From NCBI GenBank assembly GCA_026770705.1, contig JANJGN010000052.1, positions 1,984,001 to 2,048,000 on the forward strand: a DNA stretch of 64,000 bases, in the 5' to 3' direction. A model generated the notes under the pieces. That model saw only the letters and a program-made list of their open reading frames with translations, ran no database searches and had not been told where the DNA came from. Shown piece by piece: positions 13,330 to 24,249 of this stretch. This DNA comes from Isurus oxyrinchus (lineage: Eukaryota). The translations under genes were made by a program, and so were the position numbers. Position 1 is the stretch's first letter. Each line of letters opens with the position of its first letter.

Positions 13330-14340
13330 CCCTGAGTGAAGTATCTCCTCCCCACTACACCTTCCACCCCTCACACTGTCCGTGTAAACCCCCGTCCCAT
13401 CTCCAGCCTCTCTTTCCCCTCCAAAGTCCTGCAACCTGTTTCCATCTCCCGAATCTGTTCCCATCTTTCCCGGAACTCCATGTTTGAATCCCTCCAATCA
13501 GGTTCCCACCCCAGCCACTGTGCTGAAACAGCTCTTATCAAGGTCACAAATGGCATCCTGTGTGACTGTGACAAAGGTCAACTTTCCCTCCTCGTCCTTC
13601 TCGATCTGTCTGCAGCCTTTGACACGCTCGACCACACCATCCTCCTCCAACACCTCTCCACTGTGGTCCAGCTGGGTGGGACTGCTCTCCCCTGGCTCCA
13701 TTCTTATCCATCTCATCGTAGCCAGAGAATCACTTGCAATGGCTTTGCAGCATCATCTGAACAGTGTTAGTTTTCACCTGTCCACTGAGGATCCCCAGCT
13801 CTACCTCACCACCACCTCTCTCGACTCCTCCACTGCTGCTAAATTATCAGGCTGCTTATCCGACATCCAGTACTGGATGGGCAGAAATTCCCTCCAATTA
13901 AATATTGGAAAGACTGAAGCCATTGTCTTCATTCCCCGCTCCAAACTCTGTTCCCTCGCTACCAACTCCATTCCTCTCCCTGGCAGCTCTCTGAGATTGA
14001 AGCCAATCTGTTCACAGCTTTGTTGTCCCATTTGATCCTGAGATGAGCTTCCGGCCTCCTATCTGCGCCCTCACTAACACCGTCTATTTCCACCTCCGTA
14101 ACATCGCACGACGTCACCCTGTCTCAGCTCATCTGCTGCTGAAACCCTCATCCACGCCTTCATTACCTCCAGTCTCGACTGTTCCAACACACGCTCTACA
14201 CTCCATAAACTTGAGGCCATCCAAAACTGCTGACCACGTCCTTACTCACACCAAGTCCCGTTCCCTTATCACCCGCTCTGCTCGATGACCGAGACTGGCT
14301 CCTGGTCAAGCAAAATGTCAACGTCCAAATTTTCATCTTT
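13330..14340 (+). mobile_element. L2-type LINE reverse-transcriptase fragment
   Basis: LLVLLDLSAAFDT, DPQLY, LQLNIGKTEAI motifs across frameshifted ORFs 13336-14288. Confidence 0.85.
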
Positions 14341-14349
14341 GTTTCCTCA

Positions 14350-14790
14350 CTATCCCTGTAATCTTCTCGTCCTCCTCCAGTACCTACAACCATCCCATTC
14401 TCTGTAACCTCTTCAAGCCTCTACCGCTTCCCTATATCTGTAAATTCATCCTGCCCAACAAACCTACCAATCTCTGCAACCTCCTCCAGCCACTACAAAC
14501 CTCCCTATTTCTGTAACTTCCTCCTGCCCCTAAAAGCTTCCCTATCTCTGTAGCCTGCTCCAGTCCCGACAACTTTCCCTGCCCCTGTAACCTGCCCCAG
14601 TCACTACAACCCTCCCTACCTCTGCAAACTCCTCCAGACCCTACACTCTCCCAATCTCTCTTAACTTTTCCAGCCCCTACAAACCTCCCTATCGCTATAA
14701 CTCCTCCAATCACTACAAACCTCGCTATCTCTGTAACCTCCTCCAGCCCCTACAACCCTCCCTATCTCTGTAACCTCCTCCAGACCCACC
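14350..14790. repeat. 37-bp minisatellite (tatctctgtaacctcctccagcccctacaaccctccc)
   Basis: Same unit at 32150-33005 (hepcidin intron 1), 35620-36235 and 62790-63150. Confidence 0.85.
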
Positions 14791-15214
14791 AACCTTCAGA
14801 GGTCTCTGCGCTCCTCCAATTCCAGCCTCTTGACCATCCCCCGATCTCAACACTCTAACATCGGTGGCCATGCCTTCAGCTGCCTGGGGACCGAGCTCCG
14901 TAATACCCTCCCTTAAGCCCTCTCCATCCCTCACACTCACTCTCTCTCTCTCACTAACCATTTCATCCCTCTTTTAAGTTTCTCCATAACACCGATCCCT
15001 TCTGGTCAGCTGTCGCTAATATCTCCACATGTGTCTGCGTGACATACTTTGTTTTATGACGCTCCTGTGTAGCACCTTGGGGTGATTTGTCATGTTAAAG
15101 TTGTTGTGAAAATATAAGTTGTTGCCCTTTGACCCTCGACCCCAGATTGAGTCTTATTTTTGAGGGAATGTACAACCTGCTTAGATTTCTGACCAAAGTG
15201 TCATTTGATTATTT

Positions 15215-15600
15215 TTATTGAGCGAATGACAAGCCCCGATACCGAGCGAGAGCCTCCTCATTTGCTGAGTTTAAGGTGATGAGTCAGCCCCTTAGTCCGT
15301 AGAGGGGATTCTCCTCGGTAATGTACAGCCTTGTTTGTGTCTCTCCACAAGCGCATGAGGGGTTTGTACAGAGGCTGCAGCGCTGGAGGGGGTCTGCACA
15401 GGGGTCCTGGCCTGTCCTGAGCCGGTTTTAGCAAGGACCACTCTGGCCTTGGCAGCTGAAAGCCAGCCATTGGACAGACAGGGCCTGTCACAAGGAGCCT
15501 GTTAGTCACTCCCCCCCGTGTCTCCTGTGCTCGGATCCAGACCATGTTCGCTGGTGGATCTGGCTCAGGAAGGGTCCTCCCCATGGGACCCCCAGATGGA
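15215..15600 (-). mobile_element. Ingi/Vingi (I-clade) LINE 3' fragment, duplicated at about 17515-17900
   Basis: Frameshifted GFQLPRPEWSLL...LQRCSLCTNPSCACGETQT...ITEENP resembles the C-terminal Cys-rich domain of I-group LINEs. Confidence 0.55.
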
Positions 15601-15669
15601 AGGTGGGTCGAGCGGGTCAGTCACTTGCATGTTTATTCTGCAGCTTTAATATTTTAAGAAGGTAAGAAT

Positions 15670-16460
15670 GTAGGAACATAAGAAATAGGGACAGGAGCAG
15701 GCCATTCGGCCCCTCGAGCCTGCCCTCGCTGATCTGGTTGTGGCCTTAACTCCATTTTCCTGCCTGTCCCCCAAACCCTTGACTCCCTTGTCGATCAAAA
15801 ACCTGCCTCACTCAGCCTTGAGTCTATTCAATGGCCCAGCCTCCACTGCTCTCTGGGGAAGGGAATTCCACAGGCTAGCGCCCCTCTGAGAGAGGAAATT
15901 CCTCCTCATCTCAGTCTTAAATGGGAGAGTCCTCATTCCGAAACTGTGCTCCCTGGTTCTAGATTCCCCCACGAGGGGGAAACATCCTCCCAGCATCCAC
16001 CCTGTCAAGCCCCCTCGGAATTGGATATGTTTCAATAAGGTCACCCCTCATTCTTCTAAACTCCAATGGATACAGGCCCAACCTGCTCAACATTTCCTCA
16101 CAGGACAAACCCTTTAATCCCAGGAATCAGCCCAGTGAAGCTTCTCTGAACTGCCTGTACACAATGATCCTGTTACAATCTCACTAACGCCCTGTGCAGC
16201 TGTTGCAAGACTTCCCTCCTTTTATACTCCATCCCTTTGCAATAAAGGCCAACATTCCACTTGCCTTCCTCATTCTGTGGTGTTCCTGAATGCTGACTTT
16301 CTGTGATTCATGTACAAGGACACCCAGATCCCTCTGTACTGCATTCTGCAGCCTGTCTCCAGTTAAATAATATTCTGATTTTCTATTCTTCCTGCCAAAA
16401 TAATTTGTTGCCATTCTCCTCAGTATTGACCATCCCCCCAATTCAGCCTCATCTGTAAAT
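15670..16460 (-). mobile_element. CR1 LINE 3' fragment (copy at about 17970-18760)
   Basis: RDLGVLVHES and FKTEMRRNFLSQR...LWNSLPQRAVEA motifs; taagaatgtaggaacataagaa tail. Confidence 0.85.
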
Positions 16461-16519
16461 TTTGAGTCTAGTGGATCCACAAGCCATCCAGAGATAAATA
16501 TTGAGATTTCTCTCCCCAG

Positions 16520-16888
16520 TTGGACTGTCACAAGAGTGGAAAGGTGACACTCCACGAGAGGTGACAGCTCAGGAAGGTTCCTGTGTACAGATTCCATGTC
16601 ATTACAGTTATCCATCGTGTCTGGAAAACCAACCGCGAGGTGGACTCTGGTTTAATAATGAGAAACAGATTCCCTGGGCTCCCATTGCCTTTCACTCCAA
16701 GGATCACAGTCACGAGTTACCACGGTTCCGCCATCGGACCCGGCTGTCTGGAGACCTGAAAGATGGCGACTGTTCCCTGATTATAAACAACATCAGACGG
16801 GAAGATGCAGGACCTTATTTTTTCAGGATAGAATTTGACAATGGTCCGAGCCATAACTATTACCCTGTAACCCAGCTTCACGTTTCTG
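16520..16888 (+). CDS. Gene A Siglec V-set exon V2 (essential Arg present)
   Basis: Acceptor ctccccag, donor tctg|gtaag, 369 nt phase 1-1; DAGPYFFRIE with Arg codon AGG at 16825-16827. Confidence 0.92.
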
Positions 16889-18818
16889 GTAAGTGCTGTG
16901 TTATAATTACTCAACAATTCACATTCAACACTCAATGGGAAATAACACAATCTGTGACGTTTACATATTAACACAAAACACAGGTTATTATAACACACTG
17001 TCTGATTCTCAATAACCTGGTGATAGCTTCCAGTTCAGTCCTAAAACAACCTCTAATACTCACTTTAATATCAATGATTAAATGTGTTGACTGTGTCTAT
17101 CAATGTTATCAGTTTATCCACTCCCATCAATCTCTCAAATCCTGTCTTGAAGTCTGACATATCGACAGAAGAAAGATTTACATTTCTACAGCGCCTTTCA
17201 CCACCCTAGAGTTCCTACCCTAAATCTCTCCCTCTCCCTCTTCCTCTCCCTCTCTCTCTCTCTCTGTCTCTTTATCTCTGTCTCTCCATAACACCGACCT
17301 CTTCTGGTCAGCTGTCGCTAATATCTACACGTGTCTGGGTGACATACTTTGTTTTATGACGCTCCTGTGTAGCACCTTGGGGTGATTTGTCATGTTAAAG
17401 TTGTTGTGTAAATATAAGTTGTTGCCCTTTGACTCTCGACCCCAGATCGAGTCTTATTTTTGAGGGAATGTACAACCTCCTTAGATTTCTGACCAAAATG
17501 TCATTTGATTATTTTTATTGAGCGAATGCCAAGCCCCGATACCGAGCGAGAGCCTCCTCATTTGCCGAGTTTAGGGTGATGAGTCAGCACCTTAGTCTGT
17601 AGAGGGGATTCTCCTCGGTAATGTACAGCCTTGTTTGTGTCTCTCCACAAGCGCATGAGGGGTTTGTACAGAGGCTGCAGCGCTGGAGGGGGTCTGCACA
17701 GGGGTCCTGGCCTGTCCTGAGCCGGTTTTAACAAGGACCACTCTGGCCTTGGCAGCTGAAAGCCAGCCATTGGACAGACGGGGCCTGTCACAAGGAGCCT
17801 GTTAGTCACTCCCCCCAGTGTCTCCTGTGCTCAGATCTAGACCATGTTGGCTGGTGGATCTGGCTCAGGAAGGGTCCTCCCCATGGGACCCCCAGATGGA
17901 AGGTGGGTCGAGCGGGTCAGTCACTTGCATGTTTATTCTGCAGCTTTAATATTTTAAGATGGTAAGAATGTAGGAACATAAGAAACAGGGACAGGAGCAG
18001 GCCATTCGGCCCCTCGAGCATGCTCTCACTGATCTGGTTGTTGCCTTAACTCCATTTTCCTGCCTGTCCCCCAAACCCTTGACTCCCTTGTCGATCAAAA
18101 ACCTGCCTCACTCAGCCTTGAGTCTATTCAATGGCCCAGCCTCCACTGCTCTCTGGGGAAGAGAATTCCACAGGCTAGCGCCCCTCTGAGAGAGGAAATT
18201 CCTCCTCATCTCAGTCTTAAATGGGAGAGCACTCATTCCAAAACTGTGCTCCCTGGTTCTAGATTCCCCCACGAGGGGGAAACATCCTCCCAGCATCCAC
18301 CCTGTCAAGCCCCCTCGGAATCGGATATGTTTCAGTAAGGTCAGCCCTCATTCTTCTAAACTCCAATGGATACAGGCCCAACCTGCTCAACATTTCCTCA
18401 CAGGACAAACCCTTTAATCCCAGGAATCAGCCCAGTGTAGCTTCTCTGAACTGCCTGCACACAATGATCCTGTTAAAATCTCACTAACGCCCTGTGCAGC
18501 TGTTGCAAGACTTCCCTCCTTTTATACTCCATCCCTTTGCAATAAAGGCCAACATTCCACTTGCCTTCCTCATTCCATGGTTTTCCTGAATGCTGACTTT
18601 CTGTGATTCATGTACAAGGACACCCAGATCCCTCTGTACTGCATTCTGCAGCCTGTCTCCAGTTAAATAATATTCTGATTTTCTATTCTTCCTGCCAAAA
18701 TAATTTGTTGCCATTCTCCTCAGTATTGACCATCCCCCAATTCAGCCTCATCTGTAAATTTTGAGTCTAGTGGATCCACAAGCCATCCAGAGATAAATAT
18801 TGAGATTTCTCTCCCCAG

Positions 18819-19187
18819 TTGGACTGTCACAAGAGTGGAAAGGTGACACTCCACGAGAGGTGACAGCTCAGGAAGGTTCCTGTGTACAGATTCCATGTCA
18901 TTACAGTTATCCATCGTGTCTGGAAAACCAACCGCGAGGTGGAGTCTGGTTTAATAATGAGAAACAGATTCCCTGGGCTCCCATTGCCTTTCACTCCAAG
19001 GATCACAGTCACGAGTTACCACGGTTCCACCATCGGATCCGGCTGTCTGGAGACCTGAAAGATGGCGACTGTTCCCTGATTATAAACAACATCAGACGGG
19101 AAGATGCAGGACCTTATTTTTTCAGAATAGAATTTGACAATGGTCCGAGCCATAACTATTACCCTGTAACCCAGCTTCACGTTTCTG
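18819..19187 (+). CDS. Gene A Siglec V-set exon V3 (essential Arg present)
   Basis: Copy of V2, 369 nt, 3 amino-acid changes (L>V, R>H, T>I); Arg codon AGA at 19124-19126. Confidence 0.92.
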
Positions 19188-19654
19188 GTAAGTGCTGTGT
19201 TATAATTACTCAACAATTCACATTCAACACTCAATGGGAAATAACACAAACTGTGACGTTTACACATTAACACAAAACACAGGTTATTATAACACACTGT
19301 CTGATTCTCAATAACCTGATGATAGCTTCCAGTTCAGTCCTAAAGCAACCTCTAATACTTACTTTAATATCAATGATTAAATGTGTTGACTGTGTCTATC
19401 AATGTTATCAGTTTATCCACTCCCATCAATCTCTCAAATCCTGTCTTGAAGTCTGACATATCGACAGAAGAAAGATTTACATTTCTACAGCGCCTTTCAC
19501 CACCCTAGAGTTCCCACCCTAAACCTCTCCCTCTCCCTCTTCCTCTCCCTATCTCTCTCTCTCTCGCTGTGTCTCTCTGTCTCTTTCTCTCTGTCTTTCC
19601 ATAACACCGACCTCTTCTGGCCAGCTGTCACTAATATCTCCACATGTGTCACAG

Positions 19655-19942
19655 ATAAACCCACGATATTCCCTGCTGAAATTATTGCAGGAAAGCGTGT
19701 GGATGTAAGCTGCACCTTCAACACAACGTGCAATGGAACAGCAGCACCTGTCTTAACCTGGGACACTCCCACTGACGTACCTGGATCAGTCTCAAACACT
19801 GTAACTCAGCATGGTGTCACTCTGACCTATACTTCTGTTCTGACCCTGATCCCATCACTCAAACACCACGGACACAATCTCAGCTGCAGAGTGAGATATC
19901 CATCTGTTTCATCGGAGCGGACCCTCATTCTAACTGTGCAAG
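19655..19942 (+). CDS. Gene A first C2-set exon (Siglec domain-2 type)
   Basis: 288 nt phase 1-1: DKPTIFPAEIIAGKRVDVSCTFNTTCNGTAAPVLTW...SVLTLIPSLKHHGHNLSCRVRYP...LTVQ; extra Cys six residues after the B-strand Cys; donor caag|gtaag. Confidence 0.88.
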
Positions 19943-20265
19943 GTAAGAACGGACACCCTTCATTCTACATCAGCACTCCCTCAGCGCTGACCCTCTGACA
20001 GTGCAGCCCGTTCTCAGTGTCCACATTCTCATGCCTCTCAAAGTGCTTCACAGTCGATAGAAGTTAACTGATCTTTATTTGATTGTTGCTGAATGAAGAG
20101 ACAAGCTGTCTAAACTTTACATCTCACACACATTATTTTCCATGGCAACACCTCCTCCAATCAGAGACCACTTGCTGATTAACCAGCACTCTCTTCCCTT
20201 TAAATATAAATTGTTGTTCACTTTCTGTTGGTAAACCTGCAATCTGCCTTGTTGAGTCCGGTCCT

Positions 20266-20417
20266 GACATCTGAATATCACAATGAACAGAACAAGTTCC
20301 AACAATGAGCTGTGGTTGGTGATTCCTCACATTACATCCAGGGACACTGGAGACTATCAGTGTGCTCAGAGAATGAACATGGAGCAGTGGAGGGGTTCAT
20401 AACCATCACTGTGGAAC
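20266..20417 (+). pseudogene. Broken C2 pseudo-exon (3' half only) homologous to the module B C2 exons
   Basis: Matches 46497-46649 closely, but the 5' half and acceptor are replaced by unrelated sequence and there is a 1-nt deletion (tgtgctcagag vs tgtgtggcagag). Confidence 0.85.
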
Positions 20418-21531
20418 GTTAGTTAAGGCAAACTTCAACATCTCTCTCAGATTGAAACACTACAAAAACACACATAAATATCCAGCCTTAAATAGACACC
20501 TGCAGACACACAATCCCACATCTATGAGCACACACAAAGACACACTCACAAACAAACACACTAGCACATACTCCCCTGTGGATTACCTGACCTCCCTCAG
20601 TGCTGCACCGGAGAGTTGACCTGGATTCTGGGATTTGTGTTCCCTTTCATATTTATGGAAGAATATGGAAATTGCAAAGTCTATTACAGACACTCAGATG
20701 CACAGAGATACTCACAGATACTCTCTGCCTCTCCAACTCTCTATCCTACTTTAAGAACCTTCCTGAAATCTAACTCTTTGACCAGTCACCTGTCCCAATT
20801 CCTCCTTACGTGATTTTGTGTGAAATTTTGTTTGAGTATCTGAGAGTAAGAGGGAAGTGGAGAGGTTTAGGAAGGGAATTCCTGTTGCTGAAAAGCTTAC
20901 ATCAAGTTCTCAGCTTTCCAGTGCCCATTTTTCACATGATGTCCATGTTCATAATGGGGATTGCCTATGTAAACATCACGCTGTAGTTACACTCTCCCAC
21001 CAGTGGTAGCACGGTAACACTTAACCCTTGCATCTCCAAGCTTTTCAAGCAATTTCACTTCCTAATTTGCTACTATTCACCTCAACCATTCCCTGTGGGA
21101 GCGAGTTCCACATTCTCCCCTCTCTCTGGGTAAAGATTGGAACTGTTTATTAAACGGGGTGTGTAAGTCCGTGGGGGAGTCCATCTCGATCCTGCCCGAT
21201 TCGCACACGCGTCCGAGATGGATTTCCACCCTGCACTAAACGTTTCCAGAATTTTCTACAGCACAATCCTGTACACAGCGATGGAGAGAAACATTGGACA
21301 GAGAGTCCAACAGCACAATGATCCATTCTCACCAATGTTCCACGCTAAGGGGAAAGTTCCGATTGTCCACTCTTAGAGTGTTTACAGTGAAAACATTCAT
21401 TCCACATTGAATCCCAGTGGATGGGTCAATATTACAGCAAATGTTGCAGTGATATGAAGCTTGATTGTTCAGCCAGAGTGAGAGATTGAAAGCGGAGAGT
21501 CAGTGATGATTTCTTTCTGTGTGTTCTCTAG

Positions 21532-21671
21532 ACAGTGGAGGAGAGATTCTGCACGTGATCCTGATCCTGGGAATACGAGCTGTGATATTCCTTGTGGCTG
21601 TGGTTATCACTATCGCTGGAGTCTGTGTCTGGGAGAGACAAACAGTGAAAGGAAGTCGACAGACTGTTTGA
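21532..21671 (+). CDS. Gene A TM and short tail, activating type: (D)SGGEILHVILILGIRAVIFLVAVVITIAGVCVWERQTVKGSRQTV*
   Basis: Acceptor ttctttctgtgtgttctctag, phase 1; hydrophobic helix containing Arg (CGA 21576-21578); 12-residue tail with no Tyr; AATAAA at 22055-22060. Confidence 0.82.
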
Positions 21672-24249
21672 AGCTTTGTACAGCAACAATCTGGTCAGTC
21701 AGTGCGGACAAATAACGTGTGATGTTGTGTTAAGTTGTAATGAAACTGGTCAGTGTCCTGGTTAGAATCATCTCCGTATCATCGAGTCATTCCAGCAATG
21801 GAGGAGGACATTTGGCCCATTGAGTCTATGCTGTCTCTCTGTAAAGCAATCCACTCAGTCCCATCCCCCGCTCTATCCCCGTATCCCTGCAAATTTATTT
21901 CCAATTTCCGTCCAATTTCCTTTTGAAATTGTTCATCGAATAGGAATGAACAGAAATGTGACGTCGCTAAACTCTGTTCTCTGATTGGAATGAGCTTTCT
22001 GAATGCTGCACCTTTTTCATGCTGCGATAGATTGTAAGAAGCATTTGGCTTATGAATAAAATTACATTGATTAACTCAAGTGATTAAAATGCTCAGCCTG
22101 TTCTGTAGATATTTAAAGATTAAAATTCTTGTTTTGCTGCAAAATACTTGGCTCAAAGACATAGCTTCCTGTTGTCACGTTTTCCAATCAGATGAATTCC
22201 TCTGTCCATCTTTATAATAGAAATTTCCAATGTAAACATGTCACATTGTAACTGCACACACTTGCCAGTGGCTGGTGTGATACCAAAGCTGTCTTGCTGC
22301 AGAGAAACAGCGAGAAATATTCCTGTTGTGTGCATGAACTTCATGTTAGCATGAGACACAGGCATCAGATGAAATTTTGTGCAATTTGTACAATGTTCTT
22401 TAGACAGCACAGCACTCCCTCAGTTCAAACCCTCCAACAGCGCAGCACTCCCTCAGATCAGACCCTCCGACAGTGCAGCACTTCCTCAGTTCAAACCCTC
22501 CGACAGTGCAGCTCTCCCTCAGTTCATACCCTCCGACAGTGCAGCACTCCCTCAGTTCAAACCCTCCGACAGTGCAGCACTCCCTCATTTCAGAGCCTCC
22601 GACAGTGCAGCACTCCCTCAGTTCAGAGCCTCCGACAGTGCAGCACTCTCTCAGTTCAGACCCTCTGACAGTGCAACACTCCCTCAGCTCAGACCCTCCG
22701 ACAGTGCAGCACTCCCTCAGTACTGAACCTCCGACAGTACCGCACTACCTCAGTTCTTCTCTGCCGATGCTGCCAGACCTGCTGAGTTTTTCCAGGTATT
22801 TCTGTTTCTGTTTTGAATTTCCAGCATCCGCAGTTTTTTTGCTTTTAGTGCTGGGCAGTTCCTCAGCAAGGATTCGGGCCACAAAACATTGCGAGTGCTG
22901 TGGGTCTGCGCCACGATTTAGAGAGCTGTGCTTGGCACGCCTATTCTAGTCCCAGTCCAGTGTGGTGGGGACAGCCTGGCAGTCCTGGGTTGGTGGTGCC
23001 CAGCATGGTGTGAATGACGTGGTCAGTCGCTCACACACGTCGGTCCTGGGGGTGGGTGGCTTGATACTAGGCCGCAGGTGGCACAATCCCAGTCAGGGGA
23101 GGCATCTGCAGCCTGTCAGTGGGGAGCAGGTAATATAGAGGGTAGGGGTGGGGGTGGAAAAGAGGGGGGCCGGTGGTCTCTGTAAGTCACAGTACAATGG
23201 GCCTCTAGTTGGAGAGAGGTCAGGTCTACATGGGGCATTGGGATGTCAACATCAGACAGTCTAGGGAGGAGGACTGGGATGTCAACCCCCAACACAATAA
23301 GATCAAGGATTAGAGAGGAAGGGAGGAGACTGATTGGAAGGAGGGGAATGTGCACATTATGCTCCTCCAGCACGATGGGAGGGACTGTGATGGTTACGGG
23401 GGTGGGGGGGGGGGGTGACGTGTGAGGGGATAGACGCTTACCTGGTGGTATTGCCTCAGCCCCACCCTTTTTCAAGCTGATCCAATGTCGCAGTTGAAGA
23501 ATAAGCTACAAAACAAATTGGCAGGGGAGGTCTCCCAGGGCCTGTGGGAGACATCACCCACTGCATCTTCGGCCTGTTTGAAGGGGCACCCGAACAATTC
23601 CGGCTTTTCCAAATGATGAGGAAGACACAGCTGCACCCCGAGTCCCCTACTGGGGATCCAGAAGGTTGCAATAGCGCTGCGAGGGACTCATGGGCTCCAC
23701 AGTGACTCCCTAATTAGCGACTGGAAGGTTTATGTTCATTTATCTTTATTATCCGTTCATATTGAGCAATGGAGCTCCTGATTTGTCACCTTCCTGTACC
23801 TCGTCCAATGCTTCTGTTATCAGGACTTCCACATCGATGTGAAAGAGCCATGATGATAGCAGACAGTCGCACAATGGGAATGGCACTAGGCCAGTGATCC
23901 AGAGGCCCAGGTGAATGCTTTGAAGGCACGGGTTCAAATCCCACCACGGCAGCTGGAGGAATTTCAATTCGATTAATCAATAAATTTAATTGATTGATAC
24001 ATTTTTTTCTTATTCATTTCAGGGATGTTGGTGTCGCTGACTAGGCCAGTATTTGTTGCCCATCCCCATTTGCCTTTGAGAACATATGGATATCTGAGTT
24101 AGGATCAGGAGTAGGTCACTCAGCCCCTCGAACCTGCTCCGCCATTCAGTAAGATCATGGCTGATCTGATTGTCACCTCAACCTCACATTCCTGCCTACC
24201 CCCAATGACCTTTCACCCCCTTGTTAATCAAGAATCTATCTAGCTCTGT

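Larger units (their letters stand above)
14981..19650 (+). repeat. Recent tandem duplication, unit about 2.3 kb, each copy carrying a V-set exon
   Basis: Near-identical sequence at offset 2299 across V2/V3; ccataacaccga anchor at about 14984, 17286 and 19599. Confidence 0.92.

Noticed and set aside
12741-19187. V(D)J-like rearranging V segments
   Set aside because: Each V is a complete domain bounded by AG/GT splice sites, has Siglec cysteine topology, and I saw no adjacent heptamer-nonamer RSS.
21503-21715. 70-aa ORF with CDIPCGCGY
   Set aside because: Alternative frame of the gene A TM exon; the phase-1 frame gives a coherent TM helix.
22850-23700. GC-rich segment that might be a gag-like relic
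   Set aside because: No diagnostic motif I can support, so left unannotated.
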